A program made the position numbers and the translations under genes. From Candidatus Pacebacteria bacterium CG_4_9_14_0_2_um_filter_40_15 (GTDB taxonomy: Bacteria > Patescibacteriota > Microgenomatia > UBA1400 > PJMF01), in NCBI GenBank assembly GCA_002788675.1, contig PFRS01000005.1, forward strand, positions 67,731-131,730: DNA of 64,000 nucleotides, read 5' to 3'. The notes under the pieces were generated by a model. That model was not told the DNA's origin. It searched no databases and saw nothing but the letters and a program-made list of their open reading frames with translations. Positions 30,579 through 38,885 of this stretch are shown piece by piece; position 1 is the first letter of the stretch; each line of letters begins with the position of its first letter.

Positions 30579-31501
30579 TCTAAAATTCTTTGTACTGTTT
30601 CACTAAGATCATGTGTCGGGGCCCATCCAAGAGCAGTAATTTTCCCATTATCCGCAATACTGACAGGAATATCAAGAGGCCGAGCAAGTTTTGGATCTTC
30701 AGTAAGATGTACTTCGACACTACTATTTTCTAACAATAGATCAAGCATTTCTTGCATTGAATGGCCTTCAGCAGAACCCAGGTTATACACTTCTCCCGAG
30801 ACACCTTTATCAAATAGAATTTCATACGCGACAACAATATCTTTAACATCGGTGAAGTCTCGAATTCCTGTTAAGTTTCCGACTGAAAGTGACTCTTTTT
30901 CTCCGCGCTCTACTGCAACAATTTGTTGAGCAAATGCTGGCAGAGCAAAAGCTGTTGTTTGTCTTTCACCAGTATGGTTAAACGGTCGAACAGTAACTAC
31001 ATCGAGAGAATATGAGCGAGCATATGCACTGGCCAAAAATTCTTGTGTTAATTTAGAAACTGCATAAGGATTAATAGGTTTAAGTGGAGTTTCCTCGTTT
31101 TGAGCAGCTGCTCTGTCGCTTGAAACTAAACCATACACTGCTGCTGAACTCACCTGTAATAGCCGTGCATTGGGCGTTACAGCTCTCATGGCTTCTAAAA
31201 CAGAAAGCATCAGAGAAGAGTTAATTGTCATCATGCTTTCGGCTTTTTGGAAACTATTCCCAACTGTAGCCACAGAGGCTAGATTAAGAATATAGTCTGG
31301 TTTACATGTTTCAAAACAAGTACGAGTTGCAGCGGCATCTGTCAGATCAAGTATCTCGACACGTACACCTGCTGGAACTTCGCCATTACTTCTGTCTGTA
31401 ATGGTAATGTTAGTGTATCCCTGCAAGAGTAAGTACTCTAACATGTGAGAACCTACAAAGCCTGAACCACCGGTAATAAGAATAGAGGCATCTTTCTGCA
31501 T
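30560..31501 (-). CDS. NAD-dependent epimerase/dehydratase, likely a GDP-4-keto-6-deoxymannose reductase (Rmd/Fcl-like)
   Basis: [13 protein letters not shown] Rossmann motif and adjacency to gmd. The start is taken at MQKDAS. Confidence 0.6.
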   Translation of the reverse strand: MQKDASILITGGSGFVGSHMLEYLLLQGYTNITITDRSNGEVPAGVRVEILDLTDAAATRTCFETCKPDYILNLASVATVGNSFQKAESMMTINSSLMLSVLEAMRAVTPNARLLQVSSAAVYGLVSSDRAAAQNEETPLKPINPYAVSKLTQEFLASAYARSYSLDVVTVRPFNHTGERQTTAFALPAFAQQIVAVERGEKESLSVGNLTGIRDFTDVKDIVVAYEILFDKGVSGEVYNLGSAEGHSMQEMLDLLLENSSVEVHLTEDPKLARPLDIPVSIADNGKITALGWAPTHDLSETVQRILDWQRKQ

Positions 31502-31505
31502 ACAA

Positions 31506-32795
31506 TTAGTTTCTTCCAACACCGAGATAGGTATATCCCCACTTTTCTATTATTTTTGGATCAAATTGATTACGTGCATCAATAAAGAATTGTTTTTTCT
31601 TTGCTTTTGTAGAACCATAATCATGAGCTACAATTTCATCCCACTCAATAAGTGAAATAATAACATCTGCATCTTGAACTGCGGCTTCAATAGAAGACTC
31701 AAGTACGATAGGCGTGTCTTTAAGAACTATTTTAGCTGCATCAGTAGCCTTCGGATCATATCCTGAAATTGTGGTTGTATGCTCTGCTAACCATGGTACG
31801 ACTTTAGTGCTAGGCGCATCACGCATATCATCAGTGTTTGGTTTAAATGAGAGCCCCAGAACGGCAACTTTCTTATCCTCCCATTCACCTATCTTCTTTC
31901 CAAACCCCATAAGTAAACGATCAATGCGACCTGAATTAAGTTCATTAACTTTATTAAATAAGTTGTGACCTTCTCCGACAGTTCTGGAGTAATATGCGAG
32001 TTCTTTAACATCTTTTGGGAAACAAGAACCGCCATATCCAAAACCAGGGTACCAATAGTGGCCACCAACACGCTTATCTAGACCGATTGCCGCAATTACT
32101 TCTTGAACATCAGCGCCATTGTGTTCACACAAATCCGCAATTTGGTTAATAAAGGTAATGCGAGTAGCAAGATATGCATTTGCAGCATACTTACCCATCT
32201 GTGCCGATTCTGGTGTAACTTTCACTACTGGTGCATTGAGTGGCTTGTGCAGCTCTTCAAGTACTTCAAAAACGCTCTTTTTACTGGCGCCAAGGACAAT
32301 TCTGTCAGGGTTAAGAGTGTCGTGAACTGCTGTGCCTTCTCGTAAGAACTCAGGAACAGAAGCCAATTCGTACTCTACTGTGGTAGTTTTTTTAAGAATT
32401 TTATCGACTGCTTCAAGGGTTCCGGGTGGAACTGTGGATTTAACAACAATAATTGCACCCTTTTTGATAAACTCTGCAAGCGACTCTGTCGCCGCGTATA
32501 AGTAGGCAAGATTAGCTTTACCTTCTTCTGTTGAAGGTGTCCCCACCGCTATTATGACAATATCGGCATCTGAAACTGCATTCTTGTATGACGTTGTAAA
32601 ACTGAGATTTCCAGTTGCTTGCTGATCTAAAAGTAACTCTTCCAATCCAGGTTCATAAAAAGGAACCTTGCCTTGTCTGAGTGAGGCAACTTTAGCATCA
32701 TCAATATCAAGACCTACAACGGTATGTCCAAATGAGGCATAGACTGCTGCTGAGACAACTCCAACAAATCCTGTGCCTATAATTGTAATCTTCAT
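31506..32795 (-). CDS. ugd: Nucleotide-sugar 6-dehydrogenase (UDP-glucose/GDP-mannose dehydrogenase family)
   Basis: N-terminal IIGTGFVG and catalytic GGSCFPKD motif. Confidence 0.8.
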   Translation of the reverse strand: MKITIIGTGFVGVVSAAVYASFGHTVVGLDIDDAKVASLRQGKVPFYEPGLEELLLDQQATGNLSFTTSYKNAVSDADIVIIAVGTPSTEEGKANLAYLYAATESLAEFIKKGAIIVVKSTVPPGTLEAVDKILKKTTTVEYELASVPEFLREGTAVHDTLNPDRIVLGASKKSVFEVLEELHKPLNAPVVKVTPESAQMGKYAANAYLATRITFINQIADLCEHNGADVQEVIAAIGLDKRVGGHYWYPGFGYGGSCFPKDVKELAYYSRTVGEGHNLFNKVNELNSGRIDRLLMGFGKKIGEWEDKKVAVLGLSFKPNTDDMRDAPSTKVVPWLAEHTTTISGYDPKATDAAKIVLKDTPIVLESSIEAAVQDADVIISLIEWDEIVAHDYGSTKAKKKQFFIDARNQFDPKIIEKWGYTYLGVGRN

Positions 32796-32835
32796 GTGCT
32801 CTTCCTCTCTATCGATAACTCAAGTATACCATTGA

Positions 32836-33789
32836 TTATTGAGGGGTGGAAAAGAGTTTCCATTGGTATCTGCTATAGACCCAATCGGCAAGTGAGCTTG
32901 TATCACTAAATCGATCTTCACTCCCCATCATTACCACTACGATGTCACCAGCATTCTCAGTTTGGTACTGTGATATCAGTACTTGGCCTGCTTTTTCTGT
33001 AGTACCTGTCTTTATACCAACCACCTGAGGATTTTCAAGCAGTAACTGGTTTGTTGTCTGCAACGCGTGAGAAACTGTTTTATCAGTGTTGTAAATAGTT
33101 GCCGAGGCTGATGCTACAGTTTCCTTTATGAGATCATTTTTAATGGCTTCACGTGCCAGAATGTACAGATCATAGGCAGATGAGTAGTGCTTGTCATCAT
33201 CAAAACCAGCTGGGTTTTGAAAATGTGAATTCTGCATACCAATATCTGAAGCAAGAGAATTCATTTGCGCAATAAATCCATCGTAGCCTTGCGGATAATT
33301 GTTGGCTAAAATATAGGCTGCATCATTGCCAGAACTAATCAACATCGCTGTTATTAGATCCTTTACAAGTAATTTTTCACCTTTGTACAAACCAACAACA
33401 TGTCCTTCAGTTGATGCTTCAGATGTAACTGTCAACACGTCATCAAGTGAGTAGGTCTCTAATGCAACAAGAGCTGTCAGTAGTTTGGTCGTTGATGCTG
33501 GTGCTCGCTGAATTGACTCATTCTTCTTAAAAAGCACTGCCCCAGAATCTAGATCTGCTATATACGCTGCTTTTGCTGTAATTTCCAGATCAGCTGCTTT
33601 TGGTGATGCCGAAACTGTCGCAATTTCAGTATTAAGAATGGGAATAGACGATACATCTCGTAAGTAGACAGTAACTTTTTCTGGTTCTGTAACAAGTTGC
33701 TCCGACAGCTGCTGCACCACTACTGTTGCAGTTCCAGCAACAGCAAGCAATATAATCACAACGATACTAATATGTTTCATCTGTTTCAT
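32836..33789 (-). CDS. dacA: D-alanyl-D-alanine carboxypeptidase (S11, PBP5-like)
   Basis: Signal peptide; SxxK (ASTTK), SGN (SSGND), KTG (IKTGTT). Confidence 0.75.
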   Translation of the reverse strand: MKQMKHISIVVIILLAVAGTATVVVQQLSEQLVTEPEKVTVYLRDVSSIPILNTEIATVSASPKAADLEITAKAAYIADLDSGAVLFKKNESIQRAPASTTKLLTALVALETYSLDDVLTVTSEASTEGHVVGLYKGEKLLVKDLITAMLISSGNDAAYILANNYPQGYDGFIAQMNSLASDIGMQNSHFQNPAGFDDDKHYSSAYDLYILAREAIKNDLIKETVASASATIYNTDKTVSHALQTTNQLLLENPQVVGIKTGTTEKAGQVLISQYQTENAGDIVVVMMGSEDRFSDTSSLADWVYSRYQWKLFSTPQ

Positions 33790-33819
33790 TGTAGGCAGTT
33801 AGCATAGATGCGCCAAGCC

Positions 33820-35250
33820 TTACTTTGCTTTTTTCTTTGGTGAAGCTGCAACTGCAATATGTAATTCCTTGAGTTGCTCTGCTGAAACTGGACTAGGAGC
33901 ATCCATAACAGCAGTTCTTCCAGATGATGTCATTGGGAACGCTATTGCTTCTTTTAGTGAAGTTTCGTTTGCAAGTATCATAGCTAGGCGATCAAGCCCA
34001 AGTGCAATACCACCATGTGGTGGAGTTCCAACTTCAAATGCTTCAAGCATATGACCTACTCCATCCTGAATTTCTTCATCAGTGTAGCCCATTATTTTAA
34101 AAGTTGATTTCAAAACTTCTGGGTTATGTGCACGGATACTTCCGCCACCAGCCTCGTAGCCATTGCACACCAAATCATACTGAGCGGTAACAATGTCACC
34201 AATGTTTTCACCTTTAAGGTGTTGCTCGACATGCTCAGCAATTGGGGTACTAAATGGATTGTGTGTAAACGTCCAGCCACTCTTTCCGTCAAGAACTTCG
34301 GCTGCATCTGTTGAATCAACCTTCTTGAAGAATGGGAAACTTACCACCCAAGCGAAAGCTAAGACACCTGCTTCTTTTTCTTCTTCTGTACGAATATCGA
34401 ACTTATCTGCACCATATTTTTCAATTGCATCTTTATAGTTAAATACTGGGAAGGATTGATCTTTAAGAACTCCGCCCACTTCTGAAACTGCATGTTTTAC
34501 CATAGCTTCAACAGTGTTCATCACGTCTTCTTGAGTTACAAAACTCATTTCTAAGTCGAGCTGGGTAAACTCAAAACCTCGGTCTGCGCGGAGGTCTTCA
34601 TCACGAATACATCGAGCAACTTGGAAGTAACGTTCAATTCCAGCAGTCATTAATAACTGTTTATATTGTTGTGGTGACTGTGGCAACGCGTAGAATTTTC
34701 CTTCTTGGAATCGTGAAGGCACGATAAAGTCGCGAGCACCTTCTTTTGTAGATTTAGTCAGCATTGGAGTTTCAACTTCAACAAAATCTTCTTTAAATAA
34801 ATATTCTCGAAGAGCTTGAATAAATTGTGAGCGCTTTCGTAGAGCCATATTCATACGAGGTCGACGAAGATCTAAGTAGCGATACTTAAGACGAACTTCT
34901 TCGTGAATTTCTTTACCATCTCCACTGACTGGAATCGGGAGTTCTTTAGCTTTGTTAAGCACTTCATATTCTGTAACTTCAATCTCAACTGCCCCCATTT
35001 TTTGATCTGAGTTGATCATTCTTTCAGGACGAGCTTTAACTAAACCCTTAATTTCAATAACTGATTCGGTGGTGAGCTCTCCCATCATTTGGAACCCAAC
35101 ACACTGCACGCTACCAGATCGATCGCGAAGATCAATAAAGGTAAGCTTGCCGTGATCACGTTTTGTCTCAACCCAACCTTGAAGAATGACTTCTTCACCA
35201 ATTTTTTCAAGTGTTTCTAGAACTAATGTTCTGTCTGTTATGCCATGCAT
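33820..35250 (-). CDS. aspS: Aspartate--tRNA ligase (short form lacking the GAD insertion)
   Basis: FQVARCIRDEDLRADRGFEFTQLDLEMSF (motif 2) and GGIALGLDRLAMIL (motif 3). 476 aa. Confidence 0.85.
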   Translation of the reverse strand: MHGITDRTLVLETLEKIGEEVILQGWVETKRDHGKLTFIDLRDRSGSVQCVGFQMMGELTTESVIEIKGLVKARPERMINSDQKMGAVEIEVTEYEVLNKAKELPIPVSGDGKEIHEEVRLKYRYLDLRRPRMNMALRKRSQFIQALREYLFKEDFVEVETPMLTKSTKEGARDFIVPSRFQEGKFYALPQSPQQYKQLLMTAGIERYFQVARCIRDEDLRADRGFEFTQLDLEMSFVTQEDVMNTVEAMVKHAVSEVGGVLKDQSFPVFNYKDAIEKYGADKFDIRTEEEKEAGVLAFAWVVSFPFFKKVDSTDAAEVLDGKSGWTFTHNPFSTPIAEHVEQHLKGENIGDIVTAQYDLVCNGYEAGGGSIRAHNPEVLKSTFKIMGYTDEEIQDGVGHMLEAFEVGTPPHGGIALGLDRLAMILANETSLKEAIAFPMTSSGRTAVMDAPSPVSAEQLKELHIAVAASPKKKAK

Positions 35251-35298
35251 ATGTTTTTCCTTTTTTTATTTGTCTAGCTTGTATACTTTTTAACTACT

Positions 35299-35525
35299 AA
35301 AAAACCCTCGTCCACACAGAATACTGTGCGTACGAGGGCCTTCATTTCTGAAAACGGTGCCACCTCTGTAGCTTACTTCATTCCTGCTATTACGGGCTTA
35401 CCCGGCTGGTTCTAATAACTCATGGTGAGCGTTCTTCCAGCAGCGCGAACATGTATTCTTGTCTGATGTCTATCAGACTCTGACGCTGTATGTTTGATTA
35501 TACTGCACACTTACTACTATGGCAA
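35299..35525 (-). promoter_or_regulatory. Putative T-box leader of aspS: promoter, ~190-nt leader, intrinsic terminator
   Basis: Minus strand: -35 TTGCCA (35520..35525), 16 bp spacer, -10 TATAAT (35498..35503). T-box-like AGAGGUGGCACCG with bulge UGGC. Terminator CCCTCGTACGCACAGTATTCTGTGTGGACGAGGG plus T6 at 35299..35338, about 50 nt upstream of the aspS start. Confidence 0.5.
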
Positions 35526-35688
35526 GATTAGTCTCACTGACTCAACCAAACTTTTTCTTTCGAACGTATGCCTTTGTCTATTCTTTCCAAGAAAGGTAGC
35601 TCATTCCCTTTATCCTAAACACAAAATATCCAAATTAAACCAGCTTTCCTTATTTACTACAAATGAGTCAATACATCTTGAGTACACA

Positions 35689-35834
35689 TTGCATTTTTTC
35701 CGAGTGTATATACAATCCACATACCTATGAGAAAGCATCCAATTTTTACTCTGCTTCGTCGCAATCATCGTAACTAATTTACGGCGGGTAAAATGTGTAC
35801 TAAACAGATGAATCCGCCAAAAGCGGATTTTTTA
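35689..35834 (+). promoter_or_regulatory. Promoter, ~110-nt leader and intrinsic terminator upstream of the 435-aa gene. Candidate attenuator, riboswitch or sRNA.
   Basis: TTGCAT (35689..35694), 16 bp spacer, TACAAT (35711..35716). Terminator AATCCGC-caaa-GCGGATT plus T6 at 35811..35834. GGCGGG at ~35783 can pair alternatively with CCGCC in the terminator 5' arm. Confidence 0.4.
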
Positions 35835-35850
35835 ATGCCTTGACAACATA

Positions 35851-37158
35851 ATGAATACAAAAGAAAAATTACTACCAGTTTCAGGCATTGCAATCCCTTC
35901 ATCAATTCTTGAAAAGAAAGTTGATGATAACAGTTTTGCGTTACTCAGACTGTTTGTAAGAATTGTGGGAATTGACGCAGCACGAATTATCTTAGAAACA
36001 ATTGCACAACAAGATTTAAGCCAGAAACTTCCTGCAGACATAGCACAAAATATTAATCTGCTGATCTATGAGCAGATTAGACTACACTTTCCCTCACTTT
36101 CTGAACTCACTGATGACAAAATTCTTATGGAAGCAGATAAAATCTATAATGAAGCTAATTCCATCATTACTAGCATACTCACAATTTCCTTTCCAGGAAT
36201 GAATCTACAACTTGGGCTAAGCAATACCACGGATAATCCGCAACTCAACTTTGCCGAACGGTTAGCCAGACTCTATGATCCTGATTTCACAACCGACCGA
36301 TTTAAATTTGAAATACTTCGACAAGATGTACTCGCACTACTATTACTGTCTGTAGCAGAAAGTAATCATGTAGTGGAAACTACTGAAGTTCTCAATGACA
36401 TAAACCTACTTTTTGAAAACAAGCTCTATGCTGGGAAAATGGGCGATTTGCACTTAAACGAACTGTATTCTGTGCACAGTAATGATTCCAACGAATGTTT
36501 GAGTATTCACCGCACAATTGAAGAAGCACAACTGGTGACTAACACGGAAACTAACACCCACATAAAACACAATGCTTGGAATACCAGATATATTCAGGGT
36601 GTAGGATTTGTATTAGCAAATATGCGGAGAAAAAAGAATTTTTCAATCATTAGAAAAGCTATGAGTGCAGCTCAATCTAAACCTGAACAAAGAGGGTATA
36701 TTGATGTATCAAATCCAAGCTATCTACTTGATACCATGGGATATATGTTTGTGACTCCTGAAGGCACATCGCAAGAACTTTTTGCTGAAGTTTGTTCATT
36801 AATTCAATCAGCCTACCCTACGGCAGAAATGAAATATAAACATTTAGTAGGCACAAATGTTAGACAAGGACAATCAGAAAAGGTGCAATGGTTACGCTGC
36901 CTTTTTTATCTACCAGAGCAACCAAACCCTATTGAAATAGTTGTTATGGAACAGAAAGAGTATTTGGATTACACGCTGGAATTGGACGAGGCACATGAAC
37001 TCTATAATATTCGAAAAAGTGAGGCCGCTGCCAAAATACTCGTTCCTCAAACAGTCTTTAACTATAATCCAGCTGAAGCAAAACAAAAATTTGACAAAAA
37101 TATTCTTAAAATCAAACGTGATTTACTCAAAAAGAATAGAGTTGAAACACAAGCATAA
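35851..37158 (+). CDS. Hypothetical protein (435 aa); C-terminal half possibly a RelA/SpoT-like nucleotidyltransferase domain
   Basis: Weak motif resemblance: RRKKNFSIIRK (cf. GRVKxxESIxxK), LDTMGYMFV (cf. DIAGLRVI), IEIVVMEQ...AHELYNIRK (cf. EVQIRT...H..YK). Function uncertain. Confidence 0.5.
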   Translation: MNTKEKLLPVSGIAIPSSILEKKVDDNSFALLRLFVRIVGIDAARIILETIAQQDLSQKLPADIAQNINLLIYEQIRLHFPSLSELTDDKILMEADKIYNEANSIITSILTISFPGMNLQLGLSNTTDNPQLNFAERLARLYDPDFTTDRFKFEILRQDVLALLLLSVAESNHVVETTEVLNDINLLFENKLYAGKMGDLHLNELYSVHSNDSNECLSIHRTIEEAQLVTNTETNTHIKHNAWNTRYIQGVGFVLANMRRKKNFSIIRKAMSAAQSKPEQRGYIDVSNPSYLLDTMGYMFVTPEGTSQELFAEVCSLIQSAYPTAEMKYKHLVGTNVRQGQSEKVQWLRCLFYLPEQPNPIEIVVMEQKEYLDYTLELDEAHELYNIRKSEAAAKILVPQTVFNYNPAEAKQKFDKNILKIKRDLLKKNRVETQA

Positions 37159-37171
37159 TTGCTAACCCATG

Positions 37172-38830
37172 TTACCCATTTTTACTGTCAGTAAGCACCA
37201 TTTGTAGAGATACTCTATCTCGCCAAATATTTTTTTCGATAACTCCAACTACGGTGATCTTTGCACCTATTTCTAATTCAGAAACTAAACGAGCTTTCCT
37301 CCAACCAATAATTTTTAGTGGCTGCATATCTTCAGCAAGTTGCACGGTCATCATTAAGTGAGCGTTATCTTTACCCATAGTTTTTGCTGAAAGTACAGAA
37401 ACATCTTTAAGTGAAAAAATAGGATAGTCATTTCCACTTCCAAAAGGAGCAAAAGAACTAAGCACATCAACTAATTCAAGCGAGACAAGGTCAACAGGAA
37501 GCTGTGATTCAATTGTTAATGGGGATTCTAACATTTCAGCTGAGATGGCTGTTAATGCTTCAGACTGAATTTCAGAAATAAGTTGTTCCATTTTTACCGT
37601 TTCAACACCAAAACCAGCCGCCATTGGATGGCCGCCGAGTGATGTCATACTCTTCTTAAATGTACGAAGGTAGTTAGTAACATGCACACCCGGAATTGAG
37701 CGAACTGATGCCTTCGCAGTCGCCTCAGATACAGATAAAACAATTGCAGGCTTTGAGAATTTTTCTACCAATCGTCCTGCTATTAATCCAATTATTCCCT
37801 CATGAAACTCTGGTGAGTGGACTACTAGTATATGTTCTTCTTCTTGCTGTTTTGCTTGGGTGAGTGCGAGTTCGTACAGATCGCGCGTTAACTCCTGACG
37901 TTCAGTATTAGTTGACGTCAGCACCTGAGTAAGCTGAGCGACTTGTTGTGGGTTCTGTGAACAAAGTAAGCGCAGAGCATCCATTCCATGTGCTAAACGC
38001 CCCATTGCATTGATTCTAGGAGCAAGAACAAAGCCAATTGTAGTACTATCTAACTGTTTTTGATCAACTGTAGCTGCTGCCAACAGTGATTTAATTCCAC
38101 GCCGGGGAGTAACTTGTAAAGCGTTGATTCCATGGTAGGCAAATGCTCTGTTTGCATCAAACAGTGGCACTTGATCTGCAATTGTTGCAATACCCACTAA
38201 ATCTAAAAGTTGCCCAGCGGCTTCTTTAGAGAGAAGGTCGCGAACTAACATCCAGGCAACACTTGCCCCACAAAGCTCAGTTGAGTGTACAACCGCAATC
38301 GCCACTGGAAGAGTGTCTTCTGGTTGATGATGATCAGTTAAAATTAAATCTATCGACTTCTCTTTTAAGAACGTTGCAGCTTCATGCGCAACAATGCCAT
38401 TATCCACAGTAATAATTAGATCAGGATTATGTGTTTCAATTACTTCTTCCAAAGCAGCTACCGACAAACCGTAGCCATGCTTATCACGCAAAGGAATGAA
38501 TGGTTGAGCTACTAAACCAAATTCTTTAAGAGCTAGCCAAACTGTTGCCGCAGCTGTTATTCCATCAGCATCGTAATCGCCAAAAATAACTACTTTTTCT
38601 TTTTTGCTTTTGGCCACTACTAGGCGTTTATGAGCAATTGTAAGCTGTTTTGCATCTAATCCACACTCTTTTAAACTCAGTTCGAGCGGATGAGTTGGAT
38701 TAAAAAAACTTTTTTCATCCTTAATTGATCGATTTTTTAAGAGCAAAGATTTTAGATCTTCTAGTGTCTTTGGATGTTTGTCTGAGAGGTACTGCCATTT
38801 CATAGAGATACTGTACGTCATACCATTCAA
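37172..38830 (-). CDS. recJ: Single-stranded-DNA-specific exonuclease RecJ
   Basis: DHH motifs: IFGDYDADGITAAA, LILTDHHQP, and a DHHA1-like C-terminal half. Confidence 0.85.
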   Translation of the reverse strand: MNGMTYSISMKWQYLSDKHPKTLEDLKSLLLKNRSIKDEKSFFNPTHPLELSLKECGLDAKQLTIAHKRLVVAKSKKEKVVIFGDYDADGITAAATVWLALKEFGLVAQPFIPLRDKHGYGLSVAALEEVIETHNPDLIITVDNGIVAHEAATFLKEKSIDLILTDHHQPEDTLPVAIAVVHSTELCGASVAWMLVRDLLSKEAAGQLLDLVGIATIADQVPLFDANRAFAYHGINALQVTPRRGIKSLLAAATVDQKQLDSTTIGFVLAPRINAMGRLAHGMDALRLLCSQNPQQVAQLTQVLTSTNTERQELTRDLYELALTQAKQQEEEHILVVHSPEFHEGIIGLIAGRLVEKFSKPAIVLSVSEATAKASVRSIPGVHVTNYLRTFKKSMTSLGGHPMAAGFGVETVKMEQLISEIQSEALTAISAEMLESPLTIESQLPVDLVSLELVDVLSSFAPFGSGNDYPIFSLKDVSVLSAKTMGKDNAHLMMTVQLAEDMQPLKIIGWRKARLVSELEIGAKITVVGVIEKNIWRDRVSLQMVLTDSKNG

Positions 38831-38885
38831 AAAGAAAAGCCCCCCTCCTCGTTTTATTACTCATAATTAGCTATAATAGCTACAC

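Noticed and set aside
35494-35730. 78-aa ORF inside the aspS upstream region
   Set aside because: Low-complexity junk-like sequence that overlaps the T-box promoter on the opposite strand and the plus-strand promoter. Not likely to be coding.
35299-35850. Considered whether the 600-bp non-coding region encodes tmRNA, RNase P RNA, SRP RNA or 6S RNA
   Set aside because: No tRNA-like T-arm/CCA end (tmRNA), no P4 GGAAAGUCCGG/ACAGAAxCCGGCUUA (RNase P), and no GGAAG...AGCAGCC domain IV motif (SRP) could be found on either strand. Promoter/terminator geometry relative to aspS fits a T-box leader better.
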